Assembly: GCF_050920415.1 (NCBI RefSeq)
Contig: NZ_CP169309.1
Reading direction: 5' to 3' (one strand)
Source of the DNA: Escherichia coli
GTDB taxonomy: Bacteria > Pseudomonadota > Gammaproteobacteria > Enterobacterales > Enterobacteriaceae
DNA: 64,000 bases
This document shows positions 43,522 through 51,978 of this stretch, piece after piece. The first letter of the stretch is position 1. Each line of letters begins with the position of its first letter. Made by a program: the position numbers and the translations under genes. Below the pieces are notes generated by a model. The model saw only the letters and a program-made list of their open reading frames with translations. It was not told where the DNA came from and made no database searches.

Positions 43522-45236
43522 GCCATGGATTCCTGCACATGAAGGCTTGCAGCATAACGTTTTTTCGCTTCCGCACGGGCAGGCTTGCCGGAGGACGTTC
43601 GGGGAATACTGTGGGGCGGCAACAGATCGATAGCCGCTGTTACGCCAAATTCGCTTTGGATCCGTGCTGCCAGTGCGTGGATAAGCTGCCCACGACGTTC
43701 TTCGTCGCTGATCCTACACTGGATCTGCAAAATGATTTTTTCCTGGGCGGTAACAAAAGCAATCGCATCGCCAGAATGAATTTCCGGTTCCTGTTCCGCA
43801 ATATATTCAATATCCTGCGGCCAGATATTACGGCCACGAATAATAATCAGATCTTTAATGCGCCCGGTGACATACAGATAACCATCCAGCAGATAACCGA
43901 GGTCGCCGGTATCTAACCAGCCCGTCGCGGCAATCTCGTCTTGCGAAACCTGGTCGCCAAAGTAACCGCTCATCAGGCTGGGGCCGGAGATGCAAATATG
44001 GCCTACCACACGTTCCGCGACCGGCATACCTGCTTCATTGCGGATTTCAATGCCATGTTCCGGCAACGCTTTACCGCAGTTGACGAAAGTCGATACGGCG
44101 CGTGTTTCAGCACCCGGCGCGACGGCTTTGCCCTGATATTCAAGGATGTCGCGATCCACTTCGTTAACCACAACCCCGGAGGCTTCATCAGAGAAGCTGA
44201 CAGCCAGCGCATTTTCTGCCAGTCCGTAGCACGGCATGAAAGTTTTATCGTCAAAGTTAACCTGACGGAAACATTCAGCAAATTGGTGGAGTTGTTCTGC
44301 GGAGATGGGTTCTGCGCCAATACCAGCGACGCGCCAGCACGAGAGATCCAGTTCAGCGAGATCTTTTTCATTCACGCGGCGCTGACACAATTCATAGCCA
44401 AACGGCGGCGCGACGGAAACTGTGCCACGATTTTTACTGATCAATTTAAGCCATTGCAGCGGACGCATGGCAAAATCCTGAGTGCGCAAATAATCTACTG
44501 AGAGCTGCGTGGCGACGGGGGTCAGGAGAAAGCCGACCAGTCCCATATCATGGTAGAAAGGCAGCCAGGAGACGCAGCGGTCGCCAGGGCGTAATTTAAT
44601 GCCATCGTGGCTTATAGCACGTAGATTAGCCATCACTTCGCGATGGGTGATAATGACGCCACGGGGAAAACGGGTGCTGCCGGAGGTGTACTGGAGGTAG
44701 GCGATATCGTTCGGAACTGGACGCTGGAGTACAACATCGGCTTCCGGTAATGCCTTAAACCAGGCGTGGCTTAAAACATGTAATTCGGGGTTGTTATGCG
44801 TAGCAGCATTGACCAGTGGCAACCACTCATCACCAGTGATAATGGCTGCGGGCTGGCAACTAGCCAGTAAACCTTGCAGTTTAGCGCTCCAGGAATCCCG
44901 CTGACCGACGCCCATTGGAATCGCTAACGGGACGGCGACTAAGCCGGCATACTGGCAGGCAAAAAAAGCCTCTACAAACCCGCTACTCGTTTCGGCAATC
45001 AGCGCCACGCGATCGCCTTTTTTCAGATTTAGTGATAACAACCGCTTCGCACCAGCTTCGGCACACGCTTTTAACGTCTGATATTCCAGTTGATCTTCAA
45101 GTTGGCAACGTCTGTCATAAAAATTCATTCCGGCGCTACTCAGAGCGGCGTAGTCCAAAGCATCAACCAGCGTTGGAAAATCGGCATAGCGCATAGGTAG
45201 GGAATGCGTAAAGATGTTATTAGACATATACACCAC
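43518..45236 (-). CDS. Fatty acyl-AMP ligase / acyl-ACP synthetase (AMP-binding superfamily)
   Basis: 572-aa ORF; AMP-binding signature YTSGSTRFPRGV; overlaps downstream reductase gene by 4 nt. Confidence 0.8.
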   Translation of the reverse strand: MVYMSNNIFTHSLPMRYADFPTLVDALDYAALSSAGMNFYDRRCQLEDQLEYQTLKACAEAGAKRLLSLNLKKGDRVALIAETSSGFVEAFFACQYAGLVAVPLAIPMGVGQRDSWSAKLQGLLASCQPAAIITGDEWLPLVNAATHNNPELHVLSHAWFKALPEADVVLQRPVPNDIAYLQYTSGSTRFPRGVIITHREVMANLRAISHDGIKLRPGDRCVSWLPFYHDMGLVGFLLTPVATQLSVDYLRTQDFAMRPLQWLKLISKNRGTVSVAPPFGYELCQRRVNEKDLAELDLSCWRVAGIGAEPISAEQLHQFAECFRQVNFDDKTFMPCYGLAENALAVSFSDEASGVVVNEVDRDILEYQGKAVAPGAETRAVSTFVNCGKALPEHGIEIRNEAGMPVAERVVGHICISGPSLMSGYFGDQVSQDEIAATGWLDTGDLGYLLDGYLYVTGRIKDLIIIRGRNIWPQDIEYIAEQEPEIHSGDAIAFVTAQEKIILQIQCRISDEERRGQLIHALAARIQSEFGVTAAIDLLPPHSIPRTSSGKPARAEAKKRYAASLHVQESMA

Positions 45237-45598
45237 GAAAAAAATTGGATATCAGAAATAAAATGACAATAATGCGGTGGATTATATAGGCATAAAAGAT
45301 AAATGAGATAGTATTTTCATCGGTGCGATATTGAACATTGATTTAAATAATAGGTTTGGCTTTGTTGTTTTTATTGTGAATTATATTTAATTTATGAATA
45401 TATTAAGAAGAAGCCTTGTTTGGTTGCCTTAAATCGACAAAAGGCATTGAGGCGCTTCTGTGTAGTCTCTGACCTTATCTTAATTATTAATAAATACTAT
45501 TTATTCTTTGTTTGTATTCTTTGGGTTGATTATTAAGATGCCGTTCGTTGCTGTTGCAATCTGTTTGTCACCGTTAATTATTTGTTATCCACAGAGAT
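45237..45598. promoter_or_regulatory. AT-rich divergent promoter region between the acyl-AMP ligase operon and yghO
   Basis: 362 bp, visibly AT-rich with multiple A/T tracts; flanked by divergently oriented start codons. Confidence 0.45.
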
Positions 45599-46741
45599 AT
45601 GGAATGCGATCTGCTGATGATTAAAATTGAAAAAGTAATTAATAAAAATGACCTTAAGGCATTTATCGCTTTTCCGTCATCACTTTATCCCGATGATCCA
45701 AACTGGATACCCCCTTTGTTCATTGAACGCAGCGAGCATTTGTCGGCGAAGAATCCGGGGACGGACCATATTATCTGGCAGGCGTGGGTAGCAAAAAAAG
45801 CGGGGCAGATAGTCGGGCGGATTACCGCGCAAATCGATACCTTGCACCGCGAGCGTTACGGTGACGATACCGGTCATTTCGGCATGATTGACGCCATTGA
45901 TGATCCGCAGGTTTTTGCCGCGTTGTTTGGCGCAGCGGAAGCGTGGTTGAAGTCACAAGGTGCAAGTAAGATCAGCGGGCCTTTCAGCCTGAATATCAAT
46001 CAGGAAAGCGGATTACTGATTGAAGGTTTCGACACTCCGCCCTGTGCGATGATGCCGCACGGTAAACCGTGGTATGCCGCGCATATTGAACAATTGGGTT
46101 ATCACAAAGGTATTGATTTACTGGCGTGGTGGATGCAACGAACCGATCTCACTTTCTCTCCGGCGCTAAAAAAACTGATGGATCAGGTGCGCAAAAAGGT
46201 GACCATTCGCTGCATCAAGCGCCAGCGGTTTGCCGAAGAGATGCTGATCCTGCGTGAGATTTTCAACTCTGGCTGGCAGCACAACTGGGGATTTGTGCCG
46301 TTTACCGAACATGAATTCGCTACCATGGGCGATCAACTAAAGTATCTGGTACCGGACGATATGATCTACGTCGCCGAGATTGATTCTGCTCCCTGCGCGT
46401 TTATAGTCGGCTTGCCGAACATCAACGAGGCGATTGCCGATCTGAACGGAGCGCTCTTTCCCTTCGGCTGGGCAAAATTGCTGTGGCGCTTAAAAGTCAG
46501 CGGTGTGCGAACTGCGCGAGTGCCGCTGATGGGCGTGCGTGACGAGTATCAGTTCAGCCGCATCGGCCCGGTGATTGCGCTGTTATTGATTGAAGCCTTA
46601 CGCGATCCGTTTGCTCGCCGGAAGATCGATGCGCTGGAAATGTCATGGATCCTCGAAACCAATACAGGCATGAATAACATGCTGGAACGCATTGGAGCGG
46701 AGCCGTACAAGCGTTACCGATTGTATGAAAAGCAGATTTGA
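45599..46741 (+). CDS. yghO: YghO, intact; putative GNAT-like acyltransferase (family assignment tentative)
   Basis: 380-aa uninterrupted ORF; synteny next to glcC; K-12 yghO is an annotated pseudogene as I recall. Confidence 0.7.
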   Translation: MECDLLMIKIEKVINKNDLKAFIAFPSSLYPDDPNWIPPLFIERSEHLSAKNPGTDHIIWQAWVAKKAGQIVGRITAQIDTLHRERYGDDTGHFGMIDAIDDPQVFAALFGAAEAWLKSQGASKISGPFSLNINQESGLLIEGFDTPPCAMMPHGKPWYAAHIEQLGYHKGIDLLAWWMQRTDLTFSPALKKLMDQVRKKVTIRCIKRQRFAEEMLILREIFNSGWQHNWGFVPFTEHEFATMGDQLKYLVPDDMIYVAEIDSAPCAFIVGLPNINEAIADLNGALFPFGWAKLLWRLKVSGVRTARVPLMGVRDEYQFSRIGPVIALLLIEALRDPFARRKIDALEMSWILETNTGMNNMLERIGAEPYKRYRLYEKQI

Positions 46742-46747
46742 TGGCAG

Positions 46748-47512
46748 TCACCCCTGCTTCATCTCCAGCGGCACCGCCGAGCGAATCAAATGGTGGCCTT
46801 CCAGCTCGATATCGTGGAGATTCTTTTTCACGGTCCGCACATGATCGCGTGCTGCGCGCTGGGCGACGTGTGGCAGCCGCTGCAACACCGCGTTGTAGAT
46901 CCGCGCATGCTGGCGATCGATCTGCTTTTTTTGCTGTGGTCGATGGTAGAGATTATTTACGCTGGCAAACACTGAATTAAACATCAGGTCGGTCAATGAT
47001 TGCAGTGTAAACACCAGCACCTGATTGTGGGAAGCCTGACAAATGGCGAGATGGAAAGCGTGATCCAGTTGTGCATGTTCGATCAGCGAAATCTCTTTGT
47101 TGTTCTCACTGGCGGCGAGCATTTTTTCATAACAGCGGGTTATCACAACAAAATCAGCCTGGGTTCCCAGCGTTGCCGCCAGCCTTGCCGATTCGCCCTC
47201 CAGCAATGCGCGAACGTCGAGCAGATCGTACAGCGTTCGCGGCTGCGTACTGAACAGATGGATCAGCGGGCTGGTGTCCTGCACCCGATTGAGCCGTGCG
47301 ACACGAGAATCGCGCCCCTGCGCCGTTTCAATAATCCCACGCCCGCGCAGCACGGTCAGCCCTTCACGCAGTGCGGAGCGTGAGAAGCCGAGCTTTTCAC
47401 ACAGTCGACGTTCCGAGGGAAGCGGCTGACCGACCTTCAGCACGCCGTCGATAATTAACCGTTCGATACTCTCTGCAACCACTTCGCAAATAGGGCGACG
47501 TTCATCTTTCAT
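46748..47512 (-). CDS. glcC: GntR-family transcriptional activator of the glc operon
   Basis: Start moved to internal Met (MKDERRPICE) giving 254 aa; GntR HTH; divergent from glcD. Confidence 0.9.
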   Translation of the reverse strand: MKDERRPICEVVAESIERLIIDGVLKVGQPLPSERRLCEKLGFSRSALREGLTVLRGRGIIETAQGRDSRVARLNRVQDTSPLIHLFSTQPRTLYDLLDVRALLEGESARLAATLGTQADFVVITRCYEKMLAASENNKEISLIEHAQLDHAFHLAICQASHNQVLVFTLQSLTDLMFNSVFASVNNLYHRPQQKKQIDRQHARIYNAVLQRLPHVAQRAARDHVRTVKKNLHDIELEGHHLIRSAVPLEMKQG

Positions 47513-47762
47513 TCCCGGACCTCGTGCACAGGTAGGACCAATTTTTCTGTTCTTGATTCGCAAAACACGCACATCACGTAAGTGATTATGTTACATCAAT
47601 TTAACATTAGTTTAACCAAAGAAAGGTCACAGAGCTGGAAAAAAAATGGTCTGACCGGTAGCTAAAGAGATAGACGAAAACGAAAAGCCCGCTTAATAAC
47701 TGTTCACAGAAGCAGCGCGCAAAAATCAGCTGCCACACAACACAACAAAGCGAAGCCTACTC

Positions 47763-49262
47763 ATGAGCATCTTGTACGAAGAGCGTCTTGATGGCGCTTT
47801 ACCCGATGTCGACCGCACATCGGTACTGATGGCACTGCGTGAGCATGTCCCTGGACTGGAGATCCTGCATACCGATGAGGAGATCATTCCTTACGAGTGT
47901 GACGGGTTGAGCGCGTATCGTACGCGTCCATTACTGGTTGTTCTGCCTAAGCAGATGGAACAGGTGACGGCGATTCTCGCTGTCTGCCACCGTTTGCATG
48001 TACCGGTAGTGACCCGTGGCGCAGGCACCGGACTTTCTGGCGGTGCGCTGCCGCTGGAAAAAGGTGTGTTGTTGGTGATGGCGCGCTTTAAAGAAATCCT
48101 CGACATTAACCCCGTTGGTCGCCGTGCGCGTGTGCAGCCGGGCGTGCGTAACCTGGCGATCTCCCAGGCTGTTGCGTCGCATAATCTCTATTACGCGCCG
48201 GATCCTTCCTCACAAATCGCCTGTTCCATTGGCGGCAACGTGGCGGAAAACGCCGGGGGCGTCCACTGTCTGAAATATGGTCTGACCGTACATAACCTGC
48301 TGAAAATTGAAGTGCAAACGCTGGATGGCGAGGCACTAACGCTGGGATCGGACGCGCTGGATTCACCCGGTTTTGACCTACTGGCGCTGTTCACCGGATC
48401 GGAAGGCATGCTCGGCGTGACCACCGAAGTGACGGTAAAACTGCTGCCGAAGCCCCCTGTGGCACGAGTTCTGTTAGCCAGCTTTGACTCGGTAGAAAAA
48501 GCCGGACTTGCAGTTGGTGACATCATCGCTAATGGCATTATCCCCGGCGGGCTGGAGATGATGGATAACCTGTCGATCCGCGCGGCGGAAGATTTTATTC
48601 ATGCCGGTTATCCCGTCGATGCCGAAGCAATTTTATTGTGTGAGTTGGACGGCGTGGAATCTGATGTACAGGAAGACTGCGAGCGAGTTAACGGCATCTT
48701 ACTGAAAGCGGGCGCGACTGACGTCCGTCTGGCGCAGGATGAAGCGGAGCGCGTGCGTTTCTGGGCCGGCCGCAAAAATGCTTTTCCGGCGGTAGGACGT
48801 ATCTCCCCGGATTACTACTGCATGGACGGCACCATCCCGCGCCGCGCGTTGCCTGGCGTACTGGAAGGCATTGCCCGTTTATCGCAGCAATATGATTTAC
48901 GCGTTGCCAACGTCTTTCATGCCGGAGACGGCAATATGCACCCGTTAATCCTTTTCGATGCCAACGAACCCGGTGAATTCGCCCGTGCGGAAGAATTGGG
49001 TGGGAAGATCCTTGAACTCTGTGTTGAAGTAGGCGGCAGTATCAGTGGGGAACATGGCATCGGGCGCGAAAAAATCAATCAGATGTGCGCCCAGTTCAAC
49101 AGTGATGAAATTACTACCTTTCATGCAGTCAAGGCGGCGTTTGATCCTGATGGTTTGCTGAACCCTGGGAAAAACATCCCCACACTGCACCGCTGCGCTG
49201 AATTTGGTGCCATGCACGTGCATCACGGTCATTTACCTTTCCCTGAACTGGAGCGTTTCTGA
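47763..49262 (+). CDS. glcD: Glycolate oxidase subunit GlcD (FAD-binding)
   Basis: 499-aa ORF; FAD-linked oxidase family; synteny. Confidence 0.93.
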   Translation: MSILYEERLDGALPDVDRTSVLMALREHVPGLEILHTDEEIIPYECDGLSAYRTRPLLVVLPKQMEQVTAILAVCHRLHVPVVTRGAGTGLSGGALPLEKGVLLVMARFKEILDINPVGRRARVQPGVRNLAISQAVASHNLYYAPDPSSQIACSIGGNVAENAGGVHCLKYGLTVHNLLKIEVQTLDGEALTLGSDALDSPGFDLLALFTGSEGMLGVTTEVTVKLLPKPPVARVLLASFDSVEKAGLAVGDIIANGIIPGGLEMMDNLSIRAAEDFIHAGYPVDAEAILLCELDGVESDVQEDCERVNGILLKAGATDVRLAQDEAERVRFWAGRKNAFPAVGRISPDYYCMDGTIPRRALPGVLEGIARLSQQYDLRVANVFHAGDGNMHPLILFDANEPGEFARAEELGGKILELCVEVGGSISGEHGIGREKINQMCAQFNSDEITTFHAVKAAFDPDGLLNPGKNIPTLHRCAEFGAMHVHHGHLPFPELERF

Positions 49263-50314
49263 TGCTACGCGAGTGTGATTACAGCCAGGTACTGCTGGAG
49301 CAGGTGAATCAGGCAATTAGCGATAAAACGCCGCTGGCGATTCAGGGAAGCAATAGCAAAGCCTTTTTAGGTCGTCCTGTCATCGGGCAAACGCTGGATG
49401 TGCGTTGCCATCGTGGCATTGTTAATTACGACCCGACCGAGCTGGTGATTACCGCGCGTGCCGGAACGCCGCTGGTGGCGATTGAAGCGGCGCTGGAGAG
49501 CGCGGGGCAAATGCTCCCCTGCGAGCCACCGCATTATGGTGACGAAGCCACCTGGGGCGGTATGGTCGCCTGCGGGCTGGCGGGGCCGCGTCGCCCGTGG
49601 AGCGGTTCGGTTCGCGATTTTGTCCTCGGCACGCGCATCATTACCGGCACTGGAAAACATCTGCGCTTTGGTGGCGAAGTGATGAAAAACGTTGCCGGAT
49701 ACGATCTCTCGCGGTTAATGGCCGGAAGCTACGGCTGTCTTGGCGTGCTCACTGAAATCTCGATGAAAGTGTTGCCGCGACCGCGCGCCACACTGAGCTT
49801 GCGTCGGGAAATAAGCCTGCAAGAAGCCATGAGTGAAATCGCCCAGTGGCAACTCCAGCCATTACCCATTAGTGGCTTATGTTACTTCGACAATGCGTTG
49901 TGGATCCGCCTTGAAGGCGGTGAAGGATCGGTAAAAGCAGCACGTGAACTGCTGGGTGGCGAAGAGGTTGCGGGTCAGTTCTGGCAGCAATTGCGTGAAC
50001 AACAACTGCCGTTCTTCTCATTACCGGGCACTTTATGGCGTATTTCCTTACCCACCGATGCGCCGATGATGGATTTACCCGGCGAGCAACTGATCGACTG
50101 GGGCGGCGCGTTACGTTGGCTGAAATCGACAGCCGATGACAATCAAATCCATCGCATTGCCCGCAACGCAGGCGGTCATGCGACCCGCTTTAGTGCCGGA
50201 GATGGTGGCTTTGCCCCGCTACCGGCTCCTTTATTCCGCTATCACCAGCAGCTTAAACAGCAGCTCGACCCTTGCGGCGTGTTTAACCCCGGTCGTATGT
50301 ACGCGGAACTTTAA
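49262..50314 (+). CDS. glcE: Glycolate oxidase subunit GlcE
   Basis: 350-aa ORF overlapping glcD stop. Confidence 0.92.
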   Translation: MLRECDYSQVLLEQVNQAISDKTPLAIQGSNSKAFLGRPVIGQTLDVRCHRGIVNYDPTELVITARAGTPLVAIEAALESAGQMLPCEPPHYGDEATWGGMVACGLAGPRRPWSGSVRDFVLGTRIITGTGKHLRFGGEVMKNVAGYDLSRLMAGSYGCLGVLTEISMKVLPRPRATLSLRREISLQEAMSEIAQWQLQPLPISGLCYFDNALWIRLEGGEGSVKAARELLGGEEVAGQFWQQLREQQLPFFSLPGTLWRISLPTDAPMMDLPGEQLIDWGGALRWLKSTADDNQIHRIARNAGGHATRFSAGDGGFAPLPAPLFRYHQQLKQQLDPCGVFNPGRMYAEL

Positions 50315-50324
50315 GGAGCAGACT

Positions 50325-51548
50325 ATGCAAACCCGGTTAACTGAAGAGATGCTTCAGAACGCACGTGCGCTGGAAGCCGACAGCATCCTGCGCGCCTGTG
50401 TTCACTGTGGGTTTTGTACTGCAACCTGCCCAACCTATCAGCTTTTGGGCGATGAACTGGACGGGCCGCGCGGGCGCATCTATCTGATTAAACAGGTGCT
50501 GGAGGGCAACGAAGTCACGCTTAAAACGCAGGAGCATCTCGATCGCTGCCTCACTTGCCGCAATTGTGAAACCACCTGTCCTTCTGGTGTGCGCTATCAC
50601 AATTTGCTGGATATCGGGCGTGATATTGTCGAGCAGAAAGTGAAACGCCCACTGCCAGAACGAATGCTGCGCGAAGGGTTGCGCCAGGTTGTGCCGCGTC
50701 CGGCGGTCTTCCGTGCGCTGACGCAGGTAGGGCTGGTGCTGCGACCGTTGTTACCAGAGCAAGTCAGAGCAAAATTGCCCGCTGGAACCGTGAAAGCCAA
50801 ACCGCGTCCGCCGCTGCGCCATAAGCGCCGGGTTTTAATGCTGGAAGGCTGCGCCCAGCCTACGCTTTCGCCCAATACCAACGCGGCAACTGCGCGAGTG
50901 CTGGATCGTCTGGGGATCAGCGTCATGCCAGCTAACGAAGCAGGCTGTTGTGGCGCGGTGGACTATCATCTTAATGCGCAAGAGAAAGGGCTAGCGCGGG
51001 CGCGAAATAATATTGATGCCTGGTGGCCCGCGATTGAAGCCGGTGCCGAGGCAATTTTACAAACCGCCAGCGGTTGCGGCGCGTTCGTGAAAGAGTATGG
51101 GCAGATGCTGAAAAGTGATGCGTTGTACGCCGATAAAGCGCGTCGGGTCAGTGAACTGGCGGTCGATTTAGTCGAACTTCTGCGCAAGGAACCGCTGGAA
51201 AAACTGGCAATTCGCGGCGATAAAAAACTGGCCTTCCACTGCCCGTGTACCCTACAACATGCGCAAAAGCTGAACGGCGAAGTAGAAAAAGTGTTACTTC
51301 GTCTTGGATTTACCTTAACCGACGTTCCCGACAGCCATCTGTGCTGCGGGTCGGCGGGAACGTATGCATTAACGCATCCCGATCTGGCGCGCCAGCTGCG
51401 GGATAACAAAATGAATGCGCTGGAAAGCGGCAAACCGGAAATGATCGTCACCGCCAACATTGGTTGCCAGATGCATCTGGCGAGTGCCGGTCGTACCTCT
51501 GTGCGTCACTGGATTGAAATTGTAGAACAAGCCCTTGAAAAGGAATAA
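50325..51548 (+). CDS. glcF: Glycolate oxidase iron-sulfur subunit GlcF
   Basis: Start at internal Met (MQTRLTEEML) giving 407 aa; CxxCxxCxxxCP motifs. Confidence 0.92.
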   Translation: MQTRLTEEMLQNARALEADSILRACVHCGFCTATCPTYQLLGDELDGPRGRIYLIKQVLEGNEVTLKTQEHLDRCLTCRNCETTCPSGVRYHNLLDIGRDIVEQKVKRPLPERMLREGLRQVVPRPAVFRALTQVGLVLRPLLPEQVRAKLPAGTVKAKPRPPLRHKRRVLMLEGCAQPTLSPNTNAATARVLDRLGISVMPANEAGCCGAVDYHLNAQEKGLARARNNIDAWWPAIEAGAEAILQTASGCGAFVKEYGQMLKSDALYADKARRVSELAVDLVELLRKEPLEKLAIRGDKKLAFHCPCTLQHAQKLNGEVEKVLLRLGFTLTDVPDSHLCCGSAGTYALTHPDLARQLRDNKMNALESGKPEMIVTANIGCQMHLASAGRTSVRHWIEIVEQALEKE

Positions 51549-51552
51549 CAAA

Positions 51553-51957
51553 ATGAAAACTAAAGTCATTCTTAGCCAGCAAATGGCGAGTGCAATTATT
51601 GCCGCAGGTCAGGAAGAGGCGCAGAAAAATAACTGGTCTGTTTCCATTGCTGTTGCCGATGACGGCGGTCATCTGCTGGCGTTAAGTCGCATGGACGATT
51701 GCGCGCCGATTGCGGCTTACATCTCCCAGGAGAAAGCGCGTACCGCCGCGCTGGGGCGTCGTGAAACTAAGGGCTATGAAGAGATGGTGAACAACGGACG
51801 TACCGCGTTCGTGACTGCGCCGTTACTGACGTCGCTGGAAGGTGGCGTACCGGTTATTGTGGATGGGCAAATTATTGGTGCCGTGGGCGTTTCTGGTTTA
51901 ACCGGAGCACAGGATGCGCAGGTCGCGAAAGCGGCTGCAGCGGTGTTGGCGAAATAA
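51553..51957 (+). CDS. glcG: GlcG (heme-binding DUF336 family)
   Basis: Start at MKTKVIL giving 134 aa; synteny. Confidence 0.88.
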   Translation: MKTKVILSQQMASAIIAAGQEEAQKNNWSVSIAVADDGGHLLALSRMDDCAPIAAYISQEKARTAALGRRETKGYEEMVNNGRTAFVTAPLLTSLEGGVPVIVDGQIIGAVGVSGLTGAQDAQVAKAAAAVLAK

Positions 51958-51978
51958 GCGAAAACGAGGAGATAAACA

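Noticed and set aside
42965-43542. Plus-strand ORFs of 147 and 137 aa overlapping the SDR reductase and acyl-AMP ligase genes
   Set aside because: Antisense to the motif-supported minus-strand operon; Arg/Ser-rich translations
41155-45236. Polyketide or nonribosomal-peptide cluster
   Set aside because: No ketosynthase, condensation or multi-domain megasynthase ORFs; only a stand-alone adenylating enzyme, ACP, AOS and reductase
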